Shown here: positions 25,301 through 32,485 of the stretch, piece after piece
How the letters are laid out: the number at the start of each line of letters is the position of its first letter
Numbering within the stretch: the stretch's first letter is position 1
Notes under the pieces: model-generated
What the model was told of the DNA's origin: nothing
Databases searched by the model: none
The model's input: only the letters and a program-made list of their open reading frames with translations
Program-made: the position numbers and the translations under genes
Assembly: GCA_965651855.1 (NCBI GenBank)
Contig: CBFGTW010000006.1
Coordinates: 716 to 64,715 of the forward strand
Length of the DNA: 64,000 nt
Reading direction: 5' to 3'
From: an uncultured Verrucomicrobiales bacterium
GTDB taxonomy: Bacteria > Verrucomicrobiota > Verrucomicrobiia > Verrucomicrobiales > Akkermansiaceae

Positions 25301-26736
25301 GGATCAGCGGCGCGCAGAAGCGGCTGATCTACACCCACGCCGGCACCGGCCGACACGATTCGTTCCAGTACACGCTCACCGATCCACACGGCGAAACCTC
25401 CGCGCCGGCAACAGTCGCTCTTTTCATGCCCTACGACTTCGCCGCCTGGGCCGCGGAAACGCCGGGTGCCGACGGAAATCCGGCGTCGAACGGCGATGGC
25501 GACCTCTTTCCCGATCTGCTCGAGTTCGCGCTCGGCGGCGATCCCGCAAGCGGCGCGGATGCGGGTGGCATCGAGATCGAGGCGGATGGAAATGACATCT
25601 CGCTCGTGCTGCGGAGACCGGAAGGGCGCGATGGCGTGAGTTATGCCATCGAGACCAGCGCCGATCTTGCGTCGTGGAACGATGCCGGCGAGCTCCTCCC
25701 GGCGGGAGAGGTTTTCCGCCTCGACGGGCTCCAGCATCAGCCGGGGCTTTCCGCCGACCACGGCTTCGCGCGCTTGCGCGTTACGGGCGGCGGCGCGTCC
25801 ATCGCCACGCTGCCGCTCGGCTGGCGGGCGGTGACGCTGGCCGAGCCGCGGAGCTTCGGCATCCCGTTCCGGAATCCGCCGGTGTTTTCCTCGGCGGTTG
25901 TGGGAATGGACGGCCTGACGCTCCACGTCCACGGCGAACCGCCGGCAACCTTCAGCGGCTACGTGGAGGTGATTGCGGGCGACCATGCCGGCCACCGCTT
26001 CGAGGCGACCGGAATCGCGGACGGCGAAGTCCTGCTGCGCGCCGAGGGACCCCACACGCTCGCGCCGGTGCCGGATCTCACCGGCCAGCGGATCGTGCTG
26101 AGCGCGCACCACACGCTGGGCGGGGTGTTCGACAAGGACGCCTTCGTCGGCTCGACCAATCCCGCTGCGGCGGATCAGGTGCAGATGTATCTGAATGATG
26201 GTGTTTCTCCCCCCGGGTTCGTCTTGTATTATCTCCTCGACGCGCGGCCGAACAATCCGGCCCACCAGTGGCGCGCCTTCCTGCCCGGCGGTGGCAACCA
26301 GGACGACCGGCCGATCCGGCCGGGCCAAGGCGTCTTCGTCAAACGTCCGCCCGACGCCGCTCCCGTCCGCCTGTTGCTCACCGGCCAAGTGCGGGCGAAC
26401 CGTTTCGTCCAGCCGCTGCAACCTGGCGTGAATCTCGTCGGCTCGCCCTTCCCGCTGCCGCTCACGCCGCGGCTGCGCGGTCTGCTCGACCCGGCGGCCG
26501 GGTTTGTCCCCTCCACCAACCTGAACGCGGCCGACCAAGTCCATCTCCATCGCGACGGCGCGTTCCGGATTTACTATTTCCTCGACCACCCGAGTCTGCC
26601 GGACTATTGGCGTGAGGCTGTTCCGGCCAGCCCGAACGCGAACGACCTGCCGCTCTTCTCCCCCGATGAGGCGGTGTTTCTGAAACGTTCGGCGGCGTCT
26701 CCGCTCCATGCGGTGCCGCAGCCGTGGACGCCCTGA
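22354..26736 (+). CDS. Giant secreted multidomain protein: PQQ-dependent sugar-dehydrogenase-like beta-propeller, 2x CxxCH region, PA14, cadherin-like Ig, internal TSP3-like module and a C-terminal ~330-aa domain
   Basis: The ATG at 22354 gives MKRLLLWLALAGPAAAAP. Propeller motifs: HNGGQMFFGPDRFLHVVVGDEG, ILRIDVD, GTRSPHSMHFD and IWIAEVGQGAREEI. CRTCH and CSHCH are present. PA14: GSYTFFTTTDDGVRLWIDG...MEYYENGGGA. Ig-like: LDVLGNDSD...SFQYTLTD. The listed ORF start at 21829 is an out-of-gene extension. Confidence 0.8.
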   Translation: MKRLLLWLALAGPAAAAPGLDSPEPVAPFLDAIFPTTTPGPTGSWAVADAFPNLTFTDPVRMVKDPRGPEHVYIVCRNGEVWRIPFRNSATQAEKVRVLDRRANTWGWWDAGMMSICFHPDFGKPGDPNRGYVYVFYQYVPQQPSPQSVGSPSYMRLSRFTVPDGQVAFDPASEFVLIQQFDRHNWHNGGQMFFGPDRFLHVVVGDEGDANDSHGVAQKIDDRLFSGILRIDVDRDPARSHPIRRQPRTIARPSGWPASFTQGYSIPNDNPWQDPAGAILEEFWTIGTRSPHSMHFDDETGEIWIAEVGQGAREEITVARKAGNHQWPFKEGFVNGPKSKPANLIGTEVPPVYDYPRSIGGCVIGGIVYRGTAHLAALDGKYIFGDHNTRALYSLKRVDGGPPQVEYLTSVNRSGGDKRGLAGICEGPDGEVYFMELGDNGTNTGKILKLVRNGTPVADPPQWLSQTGAFSDIATLTPRSGLMPFGVNAALWTDGAVKSRWIAVPNDGSHDTAAEQVTYREEGAFDFPVGTVLVKHFALPVDARDPSVVEPVETRFLVHGTSGWYGVTYRWNEDGTDAELLPGGATRDFTITAEDGSQHVQRWSFPSRSDCRTCHTAEAGHVLGARSHQLNGSYTYPQTGRIANQLETWNALGIFGMSFGGREPAALPRSVDPHDPHASLDHRVRSYLDSNCSHCHHPGGVTANFDARFSTRLIAQNFVGGAVNRPFHSPHERVVKAGDPALSLLHIRNAAVGAGQMPPLGKNVVDAAAVALIEDWIRGLDEATFTATTPAERGIEGNYYAGRNFGAPAFTRTDAAIDFDWGSGSPGGSLGVDDFSVRWRAWIVPPAAGSYTFFTTTDDGVRLWIDGTLVIDKWQDQSPTEHSGSITLTGDPVEMVMEYYENGGGAVAKLAWSGPGLAKQIIPASAFFSTFGENAGPVAEDDDFEATHAAVAPLDVLGNDSDDSLPGIHGIAIVTPPRHGTVRISGAQKRLIYTHAGTGRHDSFQYTLTDPHGETSAPATVALFMPYDFAAWAAETPGADGNPASNGDGDLFPDLLEFALGGDPASGADAGGIEIEADGNDISLVLRRPEGRDGVSYAIETSADLASWNDAGELLPAGEVFRLDGLQHQPGLSADHGFARLRVTGGGASIATLPLGWRAVTLAEPRSFGIPFRNPPVFSSAVVGMDGLTLHVHGEPPATFSGYVEVIAGDHAGHRFEATGIADGEVLLRAEGPHTLAPVPDLTGQRIVLSAHHTLGGVFDKDAFVGSTNPAAADQVQMYLNDGVSPPGFVLYYLLDARPNNPAHQWRAFLPGGGNQDDRPIRPGQGVFVKRPPDAAPVRLLLTGQVRANRFVQPLQPGVNLVGSPFPLPLTPRLRGLLDPAAGFVPSTNLNAADQVHLHRDGAFRIYYFLDHPSLPDYWREAVPASPNANDLPLFSPDEAVFLKRSAASPLHAVPQPWTP

Positions 26737-26750
26737 CATTCCCCCCTGTC

Positions 26751-27389
26751 ATGAAAACATCCCTGTCATCCCCCCGTGGCGGTCTGATCCTGCTCGCAAG
26801 CGCGGGCATTTCATCCGCGCAGAACCTCACGCTGCCGGGCACCCAGATCGCCTGGGCGAGCGACGCCTTTGCCACCAATCTGATGGCCGATGGCATCACC
26901 ACCTTCGAGGCCAGCGGCAAGACGATCCATTTCGAGCTCGGCGCCTTCGCCAGCGGCTTCGATCCCGGCAGCGCCACGCCCGAGGCGCTGATCCTGAACT
27001 GGACGCCCATCCAGTCCACGCACTACGACCCGGACGACCAGCAGTTCATCCAGACCGCGGACCTGCTGAACAATGACGCGCCGTTCACCTTCGGAGGCCA
27101 AGCCTACATCTGGGGTTACACCAGCAGGGACCTGGAGAACGACGCCGAATGGCTGATTGTCGGCGCCGCGGAGTGGACCTGGCCGAGTGCGAGCGCCCCG
27201 TTGCCGACGACCTTCTCGATGGGCGACGCCAGCCCCGGCGAGGCACTCGTGGGCGCGGTGAACAGCGGGAGTTTCCACATGAAGCTTGGCTCCGTCACCG
27301 CCACGGCGATCCCCGAGCCGGCGGCGCCGCTGCTGCTGGCGGCCGCCGCCTTCGCCTTCGGAACGAGGAGAAACCGGACGCGCTGTTAG
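26751..27389 (+). CDS. PEP-CTERM protein, paralogue of the core of 21410..22357
   Basis: The ATG at 26751 gives signal peptide MKTSLSSPRGGLILLASAGISSAQ. The C-terminus is AIPEPAAPLLLAAAAFAFGTRRNRTRC. Confidence 0.8.
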   Translation: MKTSLSSPRGGLILLASAGISSAQNLTLPGTQIAWASDAFATNLMADGITTFEASGKTIHFELGAFASGFDPGSATPEALILNWTPIQSTHYDPDDQQFIQTADLLNNDAPFTFGGQAYIWGYTSRDLENDAEWLIVGAAEWTWPSASAPLPTTFSMGDASPGEALVGAVNSGSFHMKLGSVTATAIPEPAAPLLLAAAAFAFGTRRNRTRC

Positions 27390-27808
27390 AAATACTGCGT
27401 GTGGTCCGCCTCCAGCGCGATCTCGCGGAGGAAGTCGCCGGGATCGATGATGCCGGCGCTTTCCGGAAGGAGGTCGTCCTCCGCCACATCGAAGGTGCCG
27501 GCGGCGAGCCGGCAGGCGTGGAGCCGGACGCGGCCGGTGCGGTGGAGCGCCGTGAGGTAGTCGCGGATTTCCGTGGGTTCGTCATCGCGGACGAGGGGGT
27601 CCGCGAGCCATTGGTCGCGTTCGTCCCGCGGGCGGCGGGAGTGTTCGTCCGAGCCGCGGGCAGTGAGCAGGCGGACGGACCAGAGGACGAAGAGCATGTC
27701 CACCCGCGCGCCCTTCTTCGCCGCTTCCCAGGCGAAGGCGAGGGGTGTGAGGAGACGGTCCCAGGAGTCGTCGCGGACGACGATGGCGAGGCGGTCGAGA
27801 GTTTTCAT
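27386..27808 (-). CDS. DsrE/DsrF/DrsH-like family protein
   Basis: 140 aa. LAIVVRDDSWDRLLTPLAFAWEAAKKGARVDMLFVLWSV and the C-terminal LHACRLAAGTFDV...FL pattern resemble the DsrE-like peroxiredoxin-type family. Moderate confidence only. Confidence 0.5.
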   Translation of the reverse strand: MKTLDRLAIVVRDDSWDRLLTPLAFAWEAAKKGARVDMLFVLWSVRLLTARGSDEHSRRPRDERDQWLADPLVRDDEPTEIRDYLTALHRTGRVRLHACRLAAGTFDVAEDDLLPESAGIIDPGDFLREIALEADHTQYF

Positions 27809-27845
27809 TTGATGATGGTTCTGGAGTTGTTTGAAGAAAAGGGGT

Positions 27846-27992
27846 GAACCACGGAATACACGGAAAACACGGAAGGAAGATAAATGGAACGGATTTTCCG
27901 TTATGTTTATCTGTGGCTCGTTTTCCGTGGCATCAGGCTCGAGCGGATCCTCTCATGGCAAGTTTCCATGACTTCCCTGTATTCCGTGGTTC
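27846..27992. repeat. Low-GC nested palindromic intergenic element built from CACGGAA words
   Basis: gaaccacggaataca (27846..27860) is the exact reverse complement of tgtattccgtggttc (27978..27992). An inner pair is cacggaaaac (27859..27868) and gttttccgtg (27920..27929). CACGGAA occurs three times in the left arm. Confidence 0.75.
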
Positions 27993-28002
27993 GACAACTC
28001 GC

Positions 28003-28956
28003 TCACGCCGCCGAAGCGCCTTCGAAGCAGGCTTCGCAGATGGCGGCGATGTGGCGGTGGTCGGTGCCGCAACAACCGCCGAAGACGTTGAGATTCGGCA
28101 GCAGCTGCTGGAGTTCGCGGTAGAGCCGGCCGAGCTGCCGGGGATCGCCGATGTCGAGTTCGGTGCTTTCGTCGAGTTCGGCGTGACTCCGGCACGAGGC
28201 GTTGGCGCGGATGCCTCGGATGCGTTCAAGCCAATCCTCGCCTTCCGCCAATGCCGGGAGAAAGTGCGTGGGATGCGCGCAGTTGATCATGTAGTAGGCG
28301 GGCGGGCTGTCGGCATGGGCGTCCACCAGCGCGATGGCTTCCCTCAGCGTCTGGCCGGTAGGGAGTTTGCCGTCGGTCTCGACGGTGAATGAGATCACCG
28401 CCGGGATGTCCAGGGAGGCCGCGGCGTTGGCGATGCCGAGGGCTTCCTCGACGTAGTTCATCGTGAAGGCGCTGACCATGTCCGCGCCGGCATCGCGGAA
28501 GACCCGGAGCTGCGTGGCATGATAGCTCCGGGCGTCTTCGGGCGTCATCAGCGCGGATGGCCGGTAGCCGTCGCCGCGCGGCCCGACGCAGCCGCTGACG
28601 ACCATCGGGTTCTCCGGCGTTTCGAATTTTTCGCGGATCTCGTGCATCAGGCCGATGGCGTCGGCGTTGGCGCGTTCGAGTTCGCGGTGGCTCCAGCCGA
28701 GCGGCCCGGCCCAGTCCGGGCTGGCGCGCCACGTCGGGCTCTCCAGGATGAAGCCGGTCCGGTGACGGCGGGCGACCTGGAAGTAGTCGTCGAAATACTC
28801 GCGGAGCACGCGGCGTCCGGCATCGCTCGCGATCATCGCGATGGCGGAAAAGGCCGGGAGTTCGATTCCCCGATGGAAGATGAGGGTGGTTTCCAGGCCG
28901 CCGTCGCTGATGAAGAGGCGGTCGGTTTGATGCGGGAGTTTCGTTCTGGTGGTCAT
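28003..28956 (-). CDS. Homocysteine S-methyltransferase family protein
   Basis: LFISDGGLETTLIF lies at the N-terminus. Zinc-ligand regions NCAHPTHF and GGCCGTDHRHIAAI are present. Start chosen at the ATG at 28956. Confidence 0.85.
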   Translation of the reverse strand: MTTRTKLPHQTDRLFISDGGLETTLIFHRGIELPAFSAIAMIASDAGRRVLREYFDDYFQVARRHRTGFILESPTWRASPDWAGPLGWSHRELERANADAIGLMHEIREKFETPENPMVVSGCVGPRGDGYRPSALMTPEDARSYHATQLRVFRDAGADMVSAFTMNYVEEALGIANAAASLDIPAVISFTVETDGKLPTGQTLREAIALVDAHADSPPAYYMINCAHPTHFLPALAEGEDWLERIRGIRANASCRSHAELDESTELDIGDPRQLGRLYRELQQLLPNLNVFGGCCGTDHRHIAAICEACFEGASAA

Positions 28957-29038
28957 GGCAGGATGGTCTTGCATTCACCCACCATGGCGTGAGCCGCCGC
29001 CTCACATTGTGAGGTGGCGGAGATGAATTTCCGCTCGA

Positions 29039-30817
29039 TCAGACGTGCCAACGCGTCGTTTTCTCCGGCGAGTAGCGGCAGAAAGCGCCGGTGCGCACCG
29101 AATTCGAGAGGTGCCGGCCGAGCGCGGGATGGACGGCCTCGAGCTTCTTGATCGCGTGCCGGATCCGCCAGGTGACGGCGGTGCGCGCCTTTTCGGCGAC
29201 GCCGCCGGTCGCCCGGACACGCCCGCCGATGCCGGTGGCGGAGCCGATTTCGCGGAGCAAGTGCTCGCGCTCGCGTTCGAGCGCGATCGCGCGGCGCTCG
29301 TCCGCGATGGCACAGGCCTGCTCGAGATCCGCATCGAGATCGCGGAGGCGCTCGCGGTAGGCGCGCAACGCCCGTTCGTCGAGCCGCTCGATGCCGGCGG
29401 AATGAAGCGCGGCCCCGGCGAGTTCCGCGCTGGGAATTTCCTCGCCGGGGCGGGCGAGAAGCCGGCGCAGATCGTGCAATCCACGCATGTCCGGGAGCTG
29501 GGCGACATTTCCTTCAAACGAGATCGTCCACCAGCCGCCCTCGCGGCGGAAGATGTTGGCGACCGGCCAAGGCACCGGCGGCGCGGCGGAGCGAGGCTTC
29601 GGCTTTCCGGCCAAGCCGGCGCGGCGCAGGCCTTCGGCGAAATGCCGGAGATCGGCGTCGTCGCGGTAGGGATTCACATGCAGGACCCAGCGGAAGAGTT
29701 CGGCGTCGTCGGGTTTCCGGCCGCAGGCGATGCGCTGCGTGAAATCCGCGCGGAACTCCGCGAGCGCGGCCGAGGCTTCGTCGCGCTGCCCGAGGTAGGC
29801 GTGGGCGGCGGCGCGATAGGCCGGCACGTCCACCACCAGGCCGGGCGGGGCCTTCCGCGCCGCGGCGAGGAATTCGGTGTAGCGCCGCATGGCGAAGAGC
29901 GGCAGCGAGGCGAAGCAGAAATACCACGGCGGGCAGAGCGGGTTCAGCTCGAGCGCGCGCTCCGCCGCATCCAGCGCGAGTTCTGGATTTCCCTGCAGCG
30001 TCTGGGTCAAGCCGAGCTGAACGAGGATGCCGGCGTCGTTCGGCGCGAGGCGGCGCGCCAGCTCGAGCCGCGGCCCGGCGCGGTCGAACTCCCGCCGGTA
30101 TTGCTCGATCCGCGCGAGGATCATCTGGACCAACGCGTCGTCGGGATCGAGTGCCTCGGCCTGGGTCGCGTGGTCGTAGGCGAGGCGTTCCTTTTCTTCC
30201 CACAACTCCCAGGTCTGGCAGCTCCATTCATTGAAATGGGAAAGAGACATGCCGGCGTGGGCCCGGGCATCGTGCGGGTCCGCGGCGAGCGCCCGCTCGA
30301 AGAACGCGCGGCCCTCGGCATCCGCCTCCGCCGTTCCGCGCTGCAGGCATTCCATGCCGCGCAGCCAGCACTCGTAGGCGGCGAGGGAGGCGGGTTGGCG
30401 GCGACGCGCGGCGGCGAGCAGCGACTGGTCGAGGTGCACGGCGAGCGCGTTGGCGATCTTCGCGGCGATCTCGTCGTGAACCGTCGGCAGGTCCTCCTCG
30501 TCGAAACGCGCGGCCCACAAGTGGTGGCCGGTGTCCGCTTCGAGCAACTGCACGCTGATGCGGAGCGCCTCTCCGTGGCGGCGCAGGCTGCCGCGCAGGA
30601 GGTGGCGCACGCGGAGTTCGCGCGCGATTTCCGTGGTGCTCTTGCCGTCGCAGCCCGTGGCGAACACCGAGTCGGCGGCGATCACCCCGAGAGCCGGAAA
30701 CCGCGCGAGCTCCGTGATCAGGTCCTGGACGAATCCGCGCGCCAGGCGCGCATCTTCGTCCGCGCCCGAGAGGTTTTCCAGCGGCAGGAGCGCCAGATTG
30801 ACAGGTCGGCGGCTCAT
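29039..30817 (-). CDS. TPR-repeat regulatory-type protein with an N-terminal TolB-N-like module and a conserved C-terminal helical module
   Basis: N-terminus: LALLPLENLSGADEDARLARGFVQDLITELARFPALGVIA...LLRGSLRR...LRISVQLLEADTGHHLWAARFD. The centre carries TPR-like repeats. The C-terminus is GLHDLRRLLARPGEEIPSAEL...RAYRERLRDLDADLEQA...KARTAVTWRIRHAIKKLEAVHPALGRHLSNSVRTGAFCRY. I recall this pattern from uncharacterised regulator-like proteins, but I cannot name a family. Confidence 0.6.
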   Translation of the reverse strand: MSRRPVNLALLPLENLSGADEDARLARGFVQDLITELARFPALGVIAADSVFATGCDGKSTTEIARELRVRHLLRGSLRRHGEALRISVQLLEADTGHHLWAARFDEEDLPTVHDEIAAKIANALAVHLDQSLLAAARRRQPASLAAYECWLRGMECLQRGTAEADAEGRAFFERALAADPHDARAHAGMSLSHFNEWSCQTWELWEEKERLAYDHATQAEALDPDDALVQMILARIEQYRREFDRAGPRLELARRLAPNDAGILVQLGLTQTLQGNPELALDAAERALELNPLCPPWYFCFASLPLFAMRRYTEFLAAARKAPPGLVVDVPAYRAAAHAYLGQRDEASAALAEFRADFTQRIACGRKPDDAELFRWVLHVNPYRDDADLRHFAEGLRRAGLAGKPKPRSAAPPVPWPVANIFRREGGWWTISFEGNVAQLPDMRGLHDLRRLLARPGEEIPSAELAGAALHSAGIERLDERALRAYRERLRDLDADLEQACAIADERRAIALEREREHLLREIGSATGIGGRVRATGGVAEKARTAVTWRIRHAIKKLEAVHPALGRHLSNSVRTGAFCRYSPEKTTRWHV

Positions 30818-30948
30818 GGTGGGGATCGCTTGGCAGCATGGAAGCACGGCGGCCCGGGTGTCGAGGCCGCAGTCCGTCGGCGGAAGTTCATTTGACCGGG
30901 ATGGGATGCCGGAGAAAGTGGGCCGGGCCAGTGCGCGCCGATTCCATC

Positions 30949-32484
30949 ATGAATTTCCGCCCACTCGCGACTGCCGCCGCCTCCGCGGGTTTGGCCGTGG
31001 CCGGCGCGGCGGAGATCCGCGACTACGATCCGCCGCGGCACGACCGGTTCACCGGCTTTCCCGAAGCGCCGGCATGGAACGACGCGGCTTGGTTCGGTAG
31101 CCGGGACTACAGCGCCGTCGGATGGTCCACGGTGAATCCGCGCTTCCAGTATGCTCTCGTCTCGCCGCGGCACTTCGTCTACGCCGCGCACAACGCCCCC
31201 GTCGGCGGCACGATCCTCCGGTTTCTCGACAAACAGGGAAATCTTGTCGAGCGCGGCATCGCGGCCCGCGAGGTGATCCGGAACGCCGACGGCACCGCCA
31301 CCGATCTCGCACTCGGGACGCTCGACGCGCCGGTCGGGGAGAGCGTCGGATTCTTTCCCGTGTTGAACTTGCCGTCGGACTCCGCCTATCCCGGCACGGA
31401 GCTGGTGGTCTTCGGTTGGGACGCGCGCGCCGGCCGCAGTGTGTTCGACGGCTTCCACGACGGGGTGATTTCCGGCACGGGCGAGACGCGTCTCTACAAG
31501 TTCCTCTATCGCAAGAACGGCGGCAGCGGGGATGACATTTATCTGGTTCACGGCGATTCCGGCAGCCCGACTTTCGGTCTGGCGGGCGGCGCGCCGGCCT
31601 TGGTCGGCACGCACTCGGCGGCCGCGGAAAACACGGTGACGCGCACGAGTTATGACACGTTCGTGCCGGCCTATCTCGCGCAGCTCGACGCGGCGATGGA
31701 CCCGCTCGGCCATCGGATCACCCGCGCCTATCCGGAGCCGGTCGAGCTGGCGGCGGGTCTGGAAACCGCCCCCGCCACGCTCCGGCAAGCCGCCGCGGGC
31801 AGTGCGACGTTTTCCATCTCGAACGCCGCTGCGGCCGATGCGGCGAACGTCCGGTTCACGCTCGCCTTCCCGCAAGACGCCCCGCCGGACGAGCTCGTCG
31901 CGGGCGAGGGCTGGATCGTGGAAACCGCGGGAACCCCCGCGTGGACGCTCCGCCGCGGCGGCATCGACGCCGCGGAATCCGCCACCGTCACCGCCAGTTG
32001 GGACGCCCTGCCCACCGTGGACGAGCTGCGGGTTTCCCTGACTTGGCTCGCGGACGGCAGCCCGCTGAAAACGCGGGAGTTCGATCTCGCGCCGGCGCCG
32101 TCCTACGTCGCGTGGAGCGCCGGGCTGCCGGATGCGGATCCCGCCGCCGATCCGGACGACGATGAAGTGCCGAATCTCCTCGAATACGCCTTCGGCGGCG
32201 ATCCCTCGCTGCCGGACCGCGCCTCCATCATGCCGGTGTTCTCGATCGACGGAGGGCGCGGGACGCTGACGTTTCCCATGCGGACGGACGCGGAACTACG
32301 AGGCATCTCGTACTTCGTCGAGTGGTCCTCGTCGCTCGACGGCTGGTCGTCCGACCCGCCGCCCGGCTGGACGACGGAGAACGTCGCGGCGGGCGAGGGC
32401 TTCGTGCGGCGGATCGTTTCCTTCGACGCCAGCGGCCGCTTGTTCGGCAGGGTGCGCGTCCAGCTCGACGAAACCGCGGATTGA
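30949..32484 (+). CDS. Secreted trypsin-like serine protease with TSP3-like C-terminal module
   Basis: The ATG at 30949 gives signal MNFRPLATAAASAGLAVAGAAE. Catalytic triad candidates are YAAHN, TDLALG and GDSGSPTFG. The C-terminus is DADPAADPDDDEVPNLLEYAFGGDP...LFGRVRVQLDE. Confidence 0.75.
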   Translation: MNFRPLATAAASAGLAVAGAAEIRDYDPPRHDRFTGFPEAPAWNDAAWFGSRDYSAVGWSTVNPRFQYALVSPRHFVYAAHNAPVGGTILRFLDKQGNLVERGIAAREVIRNADGTATDLALGTLDAPVGESVGFFPVLNLPSDSAYPGTELVVFGWDARAGRSVFDGFHDGVISGTGETRLYKFLYRKNGGSGDDIYLVHGDSGSPTFGLAGGAPALVGTHSAAAENTVTRTSYDTFVPAYLAQLDAAMDPLGHRITRAYPEPVELAAGLETAPATLRQAAAGSATFSISNAAAADAANVRFTLAFPQDAPPDELVAGEGWIVETAGTPAWTLRRGGIDAAESATVTASWDALPTVDELRVSLTWLADGSPLKTREFDLAPAPSYVAWSAGLPDADPAADPDDDEVPNLLEYAFGGDPSLPDRASIMPVFSIDGGRGTLTFPMRTDAELRGISYFVEWSSSLDGWSSDPPPGWTTENVAAGEGFVRRIVSFDASGRLFGRVRVQLDETAD

Positions 32485-32485
32485 T

